A DNA stretch of 64,000 nt, taken from positions 199-64,198 of the forward strand of contig JAGANG010000048.1 in NCBI GenBank assembly GCA_017624275.1, written 5' to 3'. Shown piece by piece: positions 10,558 to 20,155 of the stretch; the stretch's first letter is position 1; every line of letters starts with the position of its first letter. The notes beneath the pieces were generated by a model. The model was not told the DNA's origin, searched no databases, and saw nothing but the letters and a program-made list of their open reading frames with translations. The stretch comes from Spirochaetales bacterium. GTDB taxonomy: Bacteria; Spirochaetota; GWE2-31-10. The position numbers were made by a program, and so were the translations under genes.

Positions 10558-11379
10558 CTAAACTTTTTTAATGTCACGTAATCGAAAATTACCAATCAAT
10601 TTTTCAAGATAATCAAAAATTATTTTCAACGCTTCAATGAATGTTTTACCTTTGAAAATTTTAACAACATCACCGCTGAGAGAAGCTTCCTTAAAAATCG
10701 GATCCAGCACAATATTTCCATCTTTTGATTCTTTAAGTTCATTAATAAGATTTTTTAATAAATCACGTGAAGAATTTAGTAAAAAGCCAAAATTTTGAAT
10801 CAATCGCTGATATTCAAACATAATGCGAGAATCGTCATTGCTTGTAGCCAATGTATCAATATAATGACGTGCAACCGGTACTTGTGCTTCGTATCCGATG
10901 TGCATTGATAAATCATCGTAATGCTGAGTAAATTTGCGTTGTAATGCAGTTCCTGCAGTTCGCTTTTCTATTATTACCGCAACCGGGAAATAAACATTCA
11001 GATAATGTCTTGCCGCTCCGCAAAGATAATTTATTTCGTCATCAGAATCCGGAGACAAAACAAGTTTCGGATAGCATTGATAACGACGCTGATTTTCTTG
11101 CATTACTCGGTCAACAAATGACATTTGCGGTTTTTGATTTCTTTTTTTTATCGCTTCACTTCTTTTTTCTTCTTCTGATTTTATTAGCTCTTCCACGGCT
11201 TGTATTTCGGCAAGTAAAAATACCGACAAGTTTTTACGCATTTTCAAAGTAGAAATATAACGTTGCTGAAAATTTTCTAATATTATTGGATTCTTTTTAT
11301 ACGAATCTATCAATTTTTGATATTTTGACCTGATTTTCTCTAAAACCATATTGATTTCAGCTTGAGAAAGATTTTTCAT
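10558..11379 (-). CDS. Hypothetical protein (no recognisable domain)
   Basis: The long ORF starts with GTG at 11439. The internal ATG at 11379 is preceded by GAGGA 7 nt upstream, so I take it as the likelier start. The protein is helical and charged, with no motif I recognise. Confidence 0.5.
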   Translation of the reverse strand: MKNLSQAEINMVLEKIRSKYQKLIDSYKKNPIILENFQQRYISTLKMRKNLSVFLLAEIQAVEELIKSEEEKRSEAIKKRNQKPQMSFVDRVMQENQRRYQCYPKLVLSPDSDDEINYLCGAARHYLNVYFPVAVIIEKRTAGTALQRKFTQHYDDLSMHIGYEAQVPVARHYIDTLATSNDDSRIMFEYQRLIQNFGFLLNSSRDLLKNLINELKESKDGNIVLDPIFKEASLSGDVVKIFKGKTFIEALKIIFDYLEKLIGNFRLRDIKKV

Positions 11380-11452
11380 TTGATAATCCTCTTGATGTTT
11401 CTGACTATGTTGAAATATCGGAAAATTATCAGTATTCACAATATTGAGAAAT

Positions 11453-11478
11453 AAAAAAAGCCGTCATTAAGACGGCTT
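11453..11478 (-). terminator. Rho-independent terminator downstream of tRNA-Asn
   Basis: On the minus strand, a GCCGTC/GACGGC stem with a 5-nt loop is followed by a run of 7 T. Confidence 0.75.
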
Positions 11479-11483
11479 CGTTG

Positions 11484-11556
11484 CTCCTCCGGAGGGACTC
11501 GAACCCCCGACCTAGTGGTTAACAGCCACCCGCTCTACCGACTGAGCTACAAAGGA
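11484..11556 (-). tRNA. tRNA-Asn (anticodon GTT)
   Basis: 73-nt cloverleaf folded by hand. Acceptor TCCTTTG/CGGAGGA, D-arm GCTC-AGTCGGTA-GAGC, anticodon stem GGTGG/CCACT with loop CTGTTAA, T-arm GGGGG-TTCGAGT-CCCTC, discriminator G. The 3' CCA is not encoded. Confidence 0.9.
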
Positions 11557-11642
11557 ATGTTTGATGGTGCATATATACACTACATCTCTTTTTACGTCAA
11601 GCATTTTTTTTATTTTTTCGATAAAAAAATGCCAACTTTTTT

Positions 11643-11676
11643 AAAAAAACCGGTACAAGCAACTTTCTCGTACCGA
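11643..11676 (-). terminator. Rho-independent terminator downstream of thrC (A-run / T-run flanked, possibly bidirectional)
   Basis: CGGTAC/GTACCG stem with a 13-nt loop. A T-run follows on the minus strand, and the plus-strand copy is also followed by a T-run. Confidence 0.6.
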
Positions 11677-11688
11677 TTTTTTTATAGC

Positions 11689-12981
11689 TTATTTATTTTT
11701 TCTTGTTTTCAAATAAGCTTTTAGTTCTTCATAAACCGGTTTCATCGGAATAGAAACTTTTTCCTTGTTCAAATATTCCTGCAAGTTTGCCGGGATTTCC
11801 GGGTTAATACCAAGAATTTCATGAATAACTTCACTAAATTTTGCAGGATGAGCAGTTTCCAAGAAAACATAAGGAGTTTCTTTATCTCCGGTCTTCTCGA
11901 TATGACGCTTAACAGCTGTATAACCAACAGCTCCATGCGGATCTAATAAATAATCATATTTTTCTTTTACTTCTTTTATTGTTGCTGCCGTATCTGCATC
12001 CGTTACGCTATAACCGCTGATATATTTTGCCATTTCATCTCGATTTTCATAAATAGCAAGCATTCTGGCAAAATTTGACGGATCTCCGACATCCATTGCA
12101 TTAGAATAAGTAGTAACAGACGGACGAGCTCTATAAACGCCAGTTTCTAAATATTCAGGAACCGTATCATTTATATTTGTCGCTGCAATAAAATGTTTTA
12201 CCGGTAATCCCATTTTATTGGCAATTAAACCGCCGGTAATATTTCCGAAGTTTCCTGACGGCGTACAAAAAATCGGCGTTCCCAATGATTTAACTTGGTG
12301 ATAAGCCCAGCAATAGTAGAATGATTGAGGATATAAACGACCGATATTTATAGAATTAGCTGATGATAAATCAAGCCAGCCTTTTACTTCATCATCCATA
12401 AATGCTTCTTTTACCAAAGCCTGACACTCATCAAAAGTTCCGTCAATCTCCAACGCAGTAATATTTTTACCTAATGTAGTAAGTTGTTTTTCTTGCAAAG
12501 GAGAAACTTTTCCGGACGGATAAAGAATTATTACATCGATATTAGGCAACCCGTAAAAACCTTTTGCTACGGCACTTCCTGTATCGCCTGATGTCGCAAC
12601 AAGAATTGTCAATTTCTTTTCGCCCAAAAAATAACTCATTGCACGAGCCATAAAGCGAGCACCGAAATCTTTAAATGCAGCTGTCGGTCCGTGATACAAT
12701 TCTAATGCATAAATATTGTCATGAACTTTTTTTACCGGTACATCAAAATCAAACGCATCATCTGTAAGTTTGCGTAAATCCGCATCCAGAATCTCACCGT
12801 CAACTAATAGTTTAGCCATTTCAAAAGCCATATCTTGAAAAGAATCTTTTTCAAAAATTGCACTGTCGGCTTTTGGAAAACTTTCCGGTAAATATAAACC
12901 TCTATCCGGTGCTAAACCTTGTAATAAAGCCTCTTTAAAAGAAACTGAAGCTGAATTTTTACCCGTACTGAAATATTTCAT
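11689..12981 (-). CDS. thrC: Threonine synthase
   Basis: 430 aa. The PLP-lysine region GPTAAFKDFGARF and the overall ThrC architecture are recognisable. Confidence 0.92.
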   Translation of the reverse strand: MKYFSTGKNSASVSFKEALLQGLAPDRGLYLPESFPKADSAIFEKDSFQDMAFEMAKLLVDGEILDADLRKLTDDAFDFDVPVKKVHDNIYALELYHGPTAAFKDFGARFMARAMSYFLGEKKLTILVATSGDTGSAVAKGFYGLPNIDVIILYPSGKVSPLQEKQLTTLGKNITALEIDGTFDECQALVKEAFMDDEVKGWLDLSSANSINIGRLYPQSFYYCWAYHQVKSLGTPIFCTPSGNFGNITGGLIANKMGLPVKHFIAATNINDTVPEYLETGVYRARPSVTTYSNAMDVGDPSNFARMLAIYENRDEMAKYISGYSVTDADTAATIKEVKEKYDYLLDPHGAVGYTAVKRHIEKTGDKETPYVFLETAHPAKFSEVIHEILGINPEIPANLQEYLNKEKVSIPMKPVYEELKAYLKTRKNK

Positions 12982-13079
12982 AGGAAAACTCCTTTTTTGT
13001 AAAAAATAGTGTTCAACGATATAACATAAAACAATAATAATGGCAATTTAGAATCATTACACTTTCAAAAAAGGAATCA

Positions 13080-15110
13080 TCAGAAAATCAGAGAAACTTT
13101 CTTATTTTTACAAATATCCGGAGCCGGTTCGCCGAACAAATAGCCTTGAGAATAATCTATTCCGTATTCCTGAACTTTTTTGAATACTTCCGGAGTATGA
13201 ACAAATTCCGAAACTGTTTTTATATTCAATTCCTTTGTAAAATTAACTATCGTCTTCGTTATTATCTGTGATGATTTTTCCGTATCAAGGTTTTTAATCA
13301 TTGATGCATCAATTTTTAATACATCCACATCCAATGACATTACATGATCAAAATTAGAATACCCGGATCCGAAATCATCAATCGCAACTTTACAGCCATA
13401 AGATTTTACTTCTTCTATAAACGCTTTGATAATGTCATAATTTTCGATTCCGTCAGATTCCAACAATTCAAAAACTGCTCTTTTAGCCGTTTCTTGGTTA
13501 CTCAACAATATCGATCTAATGCAATGACGCGTTTCTTCATTCTGAATATCAAAAACTGACACGTTAATAGAAAACTCATACGGTAAATCTGAAAATTTCT
13601 CAAACGATCTAATCAAAATCCTGCGAGTAATATTAGGATACAATCGAATTTTTTTTGCTATATCAAGAAAATAATATGGACTGATAATGTCATTATTACT
13701 GTTTATCAACCGACAAAGACATTCATATTTTTCAATATCTCCGGTTTTATTATTGATAATAGGCTGAAAAAACGGAACTATTTGATCTTTTGCCACCGCT
13801 TCTTTAAGAATAAAAGTCCATTTAATATTATTCTCATATTCTTTGGCGATTTCCATTGTTTCATCATACAAAAGATAATGTTTATGCATTTGTTTGGCCT
13901 TTTTCAACGCCATATCTGCATTATAAAGAGCCGCATGACCTATAGTTTCCGTCACTTTTGCAGCACCTACAGTCGCACTGATATTAATCTCGCTTTCATT
14001 ACAAATAAAAACTTTATCGTTTATGACAAGAAATACAAACGCCCCGATAATACTGCGAATTTCATTATACAAACTATTACTGCGATCATGATAAAATAAA
14101 TTCTTTCTGTCATCCTGTGCTGAATCTCGTTTCAATAACAACCCAAATTCATCTGCTTGCAACCGATAAATTGTAATATTGAAATTAACTTTTACCTGTT
14201 TTAATCGAGACGCAATTTCTTTCAAGATTTCATCACCGACTTCGTGCCCGTAAAAATCGTTTATCTCCCGAAAGCTATCAACATTAATGATAAAAATTAA
14301 GCCGTTATTTATAATTTGTAAATCATCCAAAAGCTTAGTTCTGTTCGGTAAGCCGGTCAAATTGTCATAATACAATTGATTTAAAAGAAGATTATTTTTT
14401 AATTCAATAGAATCTGCCATTTCATTAAAAGTTTTTCCCAAATCCCCTATTTCATCTCTGGGAAATCTTCTCAATCTGATAGCTAAATTGTTTCTGGAAA
14501 ATTTCTTAACCACATCGGTAAGTTCTTTTAACGGAATAAGAAATAAAACGTTACATCCAAAAAACAATAATACCGGCAACAAAATAAATATAATCATTGA
14601 ATGAAAACAGGTGGTAACAAACTTATCACGGAAGTCTTTATTAAAAGTTTCCGGAGAAACAATAACATTCAATTCTCCAATCTTTTTTCCGTTGTATACA
14701 ACATCTTTGTTCAACGAAAGCATTGTGTTTGCATTAAGATGTTTTTTATCGACTAAATCATTGTATGTTTTTGTTTGGCCTCTTTTATCTTTTACCTGCT
14801 CATACAAAATCAATTGATTCTGATCATCAATGTAATCACTTAAACGTATATAAATAACATCCTCAATCAGAATTTCATTATCCAAAATATTTTTGATTTC
14901 GGCAGAATCATAATCCCAAAGCGTTTTTGACAACATAAATGAGATTTTAGAAATATTTAATTCATGCTTTTCCTTTATATTTTCCAGACAATTTTTTTTT
15001 GTAATCGAATACGAAATTGCGATTTCCACACAAAGAAGTGAAAATACGCAAATAAGAATAAAAGCAGTAAACTTTAAAAAAATAGGAGGAAATATTTGTT
15101 TCTTTTTCAT
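13080..15110 (-). CDS. Membrane sensor protein with HAMP, degenerate GGDEF and EAL domains (probable c-di-GMP phosphodiesterase)
   Basis: Two TM segments bracket a periplasmic region. HAMP (PLKELTDVVKKFSRNN...FNEMADSIE). The GGDEF signature is replaced by QADEF (14145-14159). EAL domain with ECL (13716-13724), ELLESD, DDFGSGYS, KID, SEFVHT and QGY. ATG 15110 is preferred over GTG 15122. Confidence 0.85.
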   Translation of the reverse strand: MKKKQIFPPIFLKFTAFILICVFSLLCVEIAISYSITKKNCLENIKEKHELNISKISFMLSKTLWDYDSAEIKNILDNEILIEDVIYIRLSDYIDDQNQLILYEQVKDKRGQTKTYNDLVDKKHLNANTMLSLNKDVVYNGKKIGELNVIVSPETFNKDFRDKFVTTCFHSMIIFILLPVLLFFGCNVLFLIPLKELTDVVKKFSRNNLAIRLRRFPRDEIGDLGKTFNEMADSIELKNNLLLNQLYYDNLTGLPNRTKLLDDLQIINNGLIFIINVDSFREINDFYGHEVGDEILKEIASRLKQVKVNFNITIYRLQADEFGLLLKRDSAQDDRKNLFYHDRSNSLYNEIRSIIGAFVFLVINDKVFICNESEINISATVGAAKVTETIGHAALYNADMALKKAKQMHKHYLLYDETMEIAKEYENNIKWTFILKEAVAKDQIVPFFQPIINNKTGDIEKYECLCRLINSNNDIISPYYFLDIAKKIRLYPNITRRILIRSFEKFSDLPYEFSINVSVFDIQNEETRHCIRSILLSNQETAKRAVFELLESDGIENYDIIKAFIEEVKSYGCKVAIDDFGSGYSNFDHVMSLDVDVLKIDASMIKNLDTEKSSQIITKTIVNFTKELNIKTVSEFVHTPEVFKKVQEYGIDYSQGYLFGEPAPDICKNKKVSLIF

Positions 15111-15128
15111 ATTGCTCCGCACACTAAA

Positions 15129-16349
15129 TTAAAAATCCCAACCAATAAAAAATCCGACACTTTTTGCAAATACATAATAATCTTCGTAAGTACGTTTTCT
15201 AAAATCTGCATATGCAAACGTATCGTCCGTATACGCTCGATCATTTCTGAACAAAAAGAAAAATTGTGCCCAAATATGATACGGCAAATCAAGTCGTAAT
15301 GCCGGTCCGAAATTTATAGAAGCAAAATCCGACCCCCATCCGCCGTTTTCCATTTTAGAATCTTCATAATGAGATAAATTTAAATGATCTATATGCAAAT
15401 AGAAAGCAAATGTTAAAATTGTAGTGTAATTTGTAATTTTCAAGAATCTGTCTTGCGTACCGGAATTGTCCTCTCGGATAAAAATTCTGTATCCTGTGGT
15501 AAAATCTCCGGTAAGTTTCCAGCCGTTAAATTGCATTCCGTAATCTGCTTTATAAATATAAGGCTGGTCATAATCCACACCAAAATAATGTTGATATTGA
15601 AACTGCGGATTTGCCAGTATGAAAAAATGCGTCCATTTCTGGTAAGCCGGCGGCAAAACATAAGCTAAATCAAATTGAAATGTCGGCTTGAACCACAATT
15701 GAAGAATCGGAGCATCAAACGACATAGCCACAAAATTACCTTCATTATCAGCTTTTATTCCTGTTCCGGTAACATTAAACGCCGGAACTTCCCATGCTCC
15801 GCCTATAAAAAAACCAAATTGAAATTGCAAAAAAGCCGCTGCGGCTAAAGTCATTGTCCCGCCGACATTTAAAGTCACCGGCGACAACTGAGAAAGTATT
15901 TTAAATTGTAAAAAATTATCTTTTGTCAATGGAGTATCAAAATTCAATACCGGTACAGAAAAGCCGTATTCATTGTAAAGTTCCATCTGTACACCGCCGT
16001 AATTTCCGCCGACAATACGCCCGGCTCCCTCTTCGCCGTGATGTTTTCCTGCTTCTCTATAATCATTTTTATCATAGCAAATAGGTGCAAAATGTCCCGG
16101 ATGATTAACTCCGTCTTGGCAATCAAATAAATATGAAAAAACCGCAGACACGGAACCGCGGAATCTTATAGGAAACGGTATTTTAGATTCAGATAAATTA
16201 TTCACATTTTCCACAACCGAACCTGATTCTGCATTATTTTCAGCAACAGAATCTGTACTTGTATCCGTCAAAGCAATATTCTCTTGGGAAAATACAAAAA
16301 AAGGCAACAACAAAACGCATAGCAAAAACACATAAAACTTTCTTATCAC
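15129..16349 (-). CDS. Putative outer-membrane beta-barrel protein (hypothetical)
   Basis: GTG start with GGAGG 8 nt upstream. Signal peptide MIRKFYVFLLCVLLLPFFVFSQ. Alternating aromatic/Gly-rich segments, and a C-terminus ending GFFIGWDF with a terminal Phe as in many OMPs. Confidence 0.5.
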   Translation of the reverse strand: MIRKFYVFLLCVLLLPFFVFSQENIALTDTSTDSVAENNAESGSVVENVNNLSESKIPFPIRFRGSVSAVFSYLFDCQDGVNHPGHFAPICYDKNDYREAGKHHGEEGAGRIVGGNYGGVQMELYNEYGFSVPVLNFDTPLTKDNFLQFKILSQLSPVTLNVGGTMTLAAAAFLQFQFGFFIGGAWEVPAFNVTGTGIKADNEGNFVAMSFDAPILQLWFKPTFQFDLAYVLPPAYQKWTHFFILANPQFQYQHYFGVDYDQPYIYKADYGMQFNGWKLTGDFTTGYRIFIREDNSGTQDRFLKITNYTTILTFAFYLHIDHLNLSHYEDSKMENGGWGSDFASINFGPALRLDLPYHIWAQFFFLFRNDRAYTDDTFAYADFRKRTYEDYYVFAKSVGFFIGWDF

Positions 16350-16415
16350 TGGAATATCCTCCGTTTACTTTTTATGTTCTATTTTTACTATAAGTAGCTA
16401 TAAAAAATCAAAAGA

Positions 16416-17462
16416 TTACTTATAAAATTTGTGCATTTTCATATCAAACGCCAATGCTTTATCGCCTTCCTGTAAAGAATAAAGAATTCCCGGAGATTGT
16501 CCTTGTGCAATATCTCCGCTTTTTCCTATTACATCACCCGGATAAACCTCTTGGTCTTTTCGTACGTAAATCACGCTAAAGCCGGAATATGTAGATACCA
16601 AACCGTTTGCATGACGAATAAATACTATCAATCCAAAAGCTGCCGTATTTTCAATATGACTGACAACTCCTCGATCTATCGAACGAACTTCTCTGTCATC
16701 TTTATTAAAAATAAGTATTCCTCGATAATGAGATTTTACATAAGGAACAACTTCACCTTTCAATGGTAATGAATAATTTAAATATTTTTTCCCATTTTTA
16801 TGACGTTGAAGGATCTGTTCTATTGACGCAGTTTTTACATCGTATTTTATCTTCGGGATTTTTATCTGCACACCCGGTTTCAACACTGTAGAATCAGCAA
16901 TTCCGTTAATTTCCATCAATTTAGCTACAGGCACATGAAAAGTTTTACCGATTCGATAGAGAGTTTCTCCCTTTTGCATTGTATGGTAAATAAAACCATG
17001 TTCTCCGTTATGTTTTTGTTTTTCCGAAATAGAAACTTTATCGTTTCTTTTTCCTGCAGATGAAGAAGCAACTATTTTTTCCGAACCGTCATCTTTTGGC
17101 ACTATAATTTTCATACCGGCAAACAATTTTACGTTTTCTGAAAAACCGTTTATCTTACAAAGTCTATCAACCGTAATATTGTGTTTCAATCCTATACGAA
17201 AAAGATTTTCACCTTCTCCTACTGTGTGTATATCGTATTCTTCAGAAATCGGAATATTTAAAACAACGCCTTTTATCAACGGTGCATTTTTTTTCAAATT
17301 ATTAGCAATACGAATTTCCTCAGTCGAAACATTATACTTTGCCCCGATTACAGAAAGTGACTCTCCGTCTTTAACTTGATGTTTCAAAAAAGTTTTTGGA
17401 TAACAATGAAAAGTAAATAACAAAATTGCAGATATTAATAAAAGATATTTAGTTTTAATCAT
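16416..17462 (-). CDS. LysM-repeat protein with a degenerate M23/LytM domain
   Basis: Three LysM repeats (HQVKDGESLSVIGAKY..., HTVGEGENLFRIGLKH..., HTMQKGETLYRIGKTF...). The C-terminal M23 fold lacks the HxxxD aspartate and the HxH histidines (PGILYSL where PHLHFE is expected). ATG 17462 or GTG 17468 are both possible starts. Confidence 0.8.
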   Translation of the reverse strand: MIKTKYLLLISAILLFTFHCYPKTFLKHQVKDGESLSVIGAKYNVSTEEIRIANNLKKNAPLIKGVVLNIPISEEYDIHTVGEGENLFRIGLKHNITVDRLCKINGFSENVKLFAGMKIIVPKDDGSEKIVASSSAGKRNDKVSISEKQKHNGEHGFIYHTMQKGETLYRIGKTFHVPVAKLMEINGIADSTVLKPGVQIKIPKIKYDVKTASIEQILQRHKNGKKYLNYSLPLKGEVVPYVKSHYRGILIFNKDDREVRSIDRGVVSHIENTAAFGLIVFIRHANGLVSTYSGFSVIYVRKDQEVYPGDVIGKSGDIAQGQSPGILYSLQEGDKALAFDMKMHKFYK

Positions 17463-17684
17463 CGTCACTACACCGTATATCAGATTTCAATGTTTCGCCA
17501 TGTTCGAAGTTTTCCTTCGAAAATCCCCTCATTGTTTATTTCAATCGACTTTCAACATAATAAACTTTATTTCCAAATAAAAAATGGCGGTAATTTTCGA
17601 CCGGGAATAAAAAAAGTTTATAGATAAATTCTGTATTTATTCTATATCTTCCACAAAATCTTTGATTATAAACGGTGCATTCAA

Positions 17685-17713
17685 TTAACATAAATTTTTA
17701 CTTATGATATAAT
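17685..17713 (+). promoter_or_regulatory. Putative sigma70-type promoter for proC-hisA-hisF
   Basis: TTAACA, 17-nt spacer, TATAAT, with a TG at the extended -10 position (TGATATAAT). It lies 57 nt upstream of the proC ATG. Confidence 0.5.
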
Positions 17714-17769
17714 GCGGTTATTTTATACAAACGTTACAGTTTATAAATCATTATAAAAAAGGAAATAAT

Positions 17770-18594
17770 ATGAAAGAAAATAAGATTCTTTTTATCGGTG
17801 CCGGAAATATGGGCAGTGCGATTATAAAAGGATTAAAACAAAAAACTGATTTTGAAAACAATATATACTTTTATGAACCTACGGAAGACATTCGCAATGA
17901 AATTTCCGCAAAATTAAACATTAAAGCCATCAGCGAAATTAATAAAGAAATTGCAGAATTTGACACAATAATCTTTGCCGTAAAGCCACAAGTTTTCCGC
18001 AATTTCCCGACTGACAAAAATATGGCAAATCTTGCAAATTTTATTACTGAAAAACAATTAATACTTTCTATAATGGCAGGAATTTCCATTTCAACAATTA
18101 ATAACTTCCTTACTAATGCAAAAAAAATCGTTCGTATAATGCCGAACACGCCGGCACTTATAGGAGAAGCAATAAGCGTTTTAGCTCCAAGTCCCGACGT
18201 TTTACCGGACGATTTAAATTTGACTAAAGAGATTTTTGAATGCATCGGACAAGTTGAAATATTATCGGAAAATGCAATGGACAGCGTAACCGGACTAAGC
18301 GGTTCGGGGCCGGCATTCGTAATGATGTTTATAGAAGCTCTTACTCAAGGCGGCGTCCTTTGCGGATTAACAAAAAAAACTGCCGAAAAATTAGCAATAC
18401 AAACAGTTTTAGGCAGTGCGAAAATGGCACTGGAAACAGACTCTTCTGTCGAAGAACTTCGCCATGCAGTCACTTCTCCCGGCGGAACAACTATTGCCGG
18501 CGTTGCTGCATTAGAAGAAAATAATTTTCGCAACAGCGTAATAAAAGCTGTCCGAGCAGCATGTATTCGCTCTGAAGAACTCGGAAAATCTTAA
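17770..18594 (+). CDS. proC: Pyrroline-5-carboxylate reductase
   Basis: 274 aa. Rossmann motif FIGAGNMGSAII and the C-terminal P5CR signature SPGGTTIAG. Confidence 0.9.
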   Translation: MKENKILFIGAGNMGSAIIKGLKQKTDFENNIYFYEPTEDIRNEISAKLNIKAISEINKEIAEFDTIIFAVKPQVFRNFPTDKNMANLANFITEKQLILSIMAGISISTINNFLTNAKKIVRIMPNTPALIGEAISVLAPSPDVLPDDLNLTKEIFECIGQVEILSENAMDSVTGLSGSGPAFVMMFIEALTQGGVLCGLTKKTAEKLAIQTVLGSAKMALETDSSVEELRHAVTSPGGTTIAGVAALEENNFRNSVIKAVRAACIRSEELGKS

Positions 18595-18617
18595 TTAATT
18601 ACATAAGGAACAACATC

Positions 18618-19349
18618 ATGCAAATTATCCCAGCAATTGATTTTATAGACGGAAAATGTGTTCGCCTTGTTCAAGGTGACTTTGACCAGATGACAGTTTA
18701 CAATGAAGACCCACTGAAACAAGCTCAAATTTTCAAAGACGCCGGAGTTTCAAGAATACACCTTGTAGACCTTGACGGAGCCAGAGGTAATATTGACGGC
18801 AGCCGCAAGAACAGAGAAATGATTTGTAAAATAAAAAAAGAAATCGGACTGGAAATAGAAACCGGCGGCGGAATCCGCTGTGAAGATGACATGAAAGAAC
18901 TCATTTCTTGCGGAGTTGATTATTTGATTCTCGGAACAATCTTGGTAGAACAATTTCCGATGATTGAAAAACTTTTCCCTGTTTACGGCAAACATTTTAT
19001 CGCCGGTATTGACGTTAGAAATAATGTTGTAAAAACACGCGGATGGAAAGAAGGTGAAGGCGTAAACCCTATAGATTTAGGGAAAAAACTTTATCAATTA
19101 GGATTCAAAACCGCAGTTTATACAGACATCAGTGTTGACGGGAAATTAACAGGCCCTAATATTGAAGCGACAAAAAACTTCTGTAATAACACAAAATTAC
19201 AAGCAATTCTTTCCGGAGGAGTTAGTTGTATCGATGATATTCGTAATGCAAAAGCTGTTGCTGCCGATGAATTTGAAGGTGTGATTGTAGGTAAAGCTTA
19301 TTATGAAGGCAGAATTGATTTGAAACAAGCCGTAGCCGAACTACGTTAA
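18618..19349 (+). CDS. hisA: ProFAR isomerase (HisA)
   Basis: 243 aa. N-terminal IIPAIDFIDGKCVRLVQGDF and the (beta-alpha)8 HisA pattern with GVIVGKAYYEG. Confidence 0.88.
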   Translation: MQIIPAIDFIDGKCVRLVQGDFDQMTVYNEDPLKQAQIFKDAGVSRIHLVDLDGARGNIDGSRKNREMICKIKKEIGLEIETGGGIRCEDDMKELISCGVDYLILGTILVEQFPMIEKLFPVYGKHFIAGIDVRNNVVKTRGWKEGEGVNPIDLGKKLYQLGFKTAVYTDISVDGKLTGPNIEATKNFCNNTKLQAILSGGVSCIDDIRNAKAVAADEFEGVIVGKAYYEGRIDLKQAVAELR

Positions 19350-19373
19350 TAAAAAGTTAATTAAGGATAAAAT

Positions 19374-20135
19374 ATGTTAAAAACACGAATTATTCCTTGT
19401 CTGGACGTAAATGACGGCAGAGTAGTAAAAGGAATAAATTTTTTAAATCTAAGAGACGCCGGTGACCCCGTAGAATGTGCCAAGCGTTACTCTGAGTCCG
19501 GAGCCGACGAACTTGTTTTTCTTGATATTACGGCAAGTTCAGACCGCCGTGAAACAATGGTAGAAACAATCAAAAAAGTAAGCGAAGTTACATTTATACC
19601 GTTCACCGTCGGTGGCGGAATAAAAAGCATTTCAGATATTGAAAGAATTTTGCAAGCCGGTTCTGACAAAGTTTCTATTAATACACAAGCTGTTCTTCAT
19701 CCGGAACTTATCACCGAAGGTGCAAAAAACTTTGGCTCACAATGTATCGTCGTTGCGGTAGACTCTAAAAATGTCGACGGTGAAGATATGGTTTTTATTT
19801 ACGGCGGACGAACAAATACAGGTAAACGTGTCGTTGATTGGTGCCGTGAATGCGAACAATTGGGAGCCGGAGAAATTTTACTTACTAGCTGGGACAAAGA
19901 CGGAACTAAAAGCGGTTTTGACAATGCAGCACTCAAGCGTGTCACTGACCAAATCAAGATTCCCGTAATCGCATCCGGCGGCGGCGGAAAAAAAGAACAT
20001 TTTGTTTCTGCCGTAAAAGAAGGAAACGCCAGTGCATTATTAGCTGCCAGCGTTTTTCATTTCGGCGAAATTGATATTATGGATTTAAAACGCTACATGG
20101 CTGATAACGGAATCCCGGTCAGATTGGACGTTTAA
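19374..20135 (+). CDS. hisF: Imidazole glycerol phosphate synthase, cyclase subunit (HisF)
   Basis: 253 aa. [27 protein letters not shown] and ASGGGG are HisF hallmarks. Confidence 0.92.
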   Translation: MLKTRIIPCLDVNDGRVVKGINFLNLRDAGDPVECAKRYSESGADELVFLDITASSDRRETMVETIKKVSEVTFIPFTVGGGIKSISDIERILQAGSDKVSINTQAVLHPELITEGAKNFGSQCIVVAVDSKNVDGEDMVFIYGGRTNTGKRVVDWCRECEQLGAGEILLTSWDKDGTKSGFDNAALKRVTDQIKIPVIASGGGGKKEHFVSAVKEGNASALLAASVFHFGEIDIMDLKRYMADNGIPVRLDV

Positions 20136-20155
20136 TTTTTTAAGGAGGATTTTTT

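Noticed and set aside
11440-11688. tRNA-Asn as the integration site of a genomic island.
   Set aside because: There is no integrase, no direct repeat of the tRNA 3' end that I could find, and no compositional break. The flanking genes (thrC and a hypothetical gene) give no sign of mobility.
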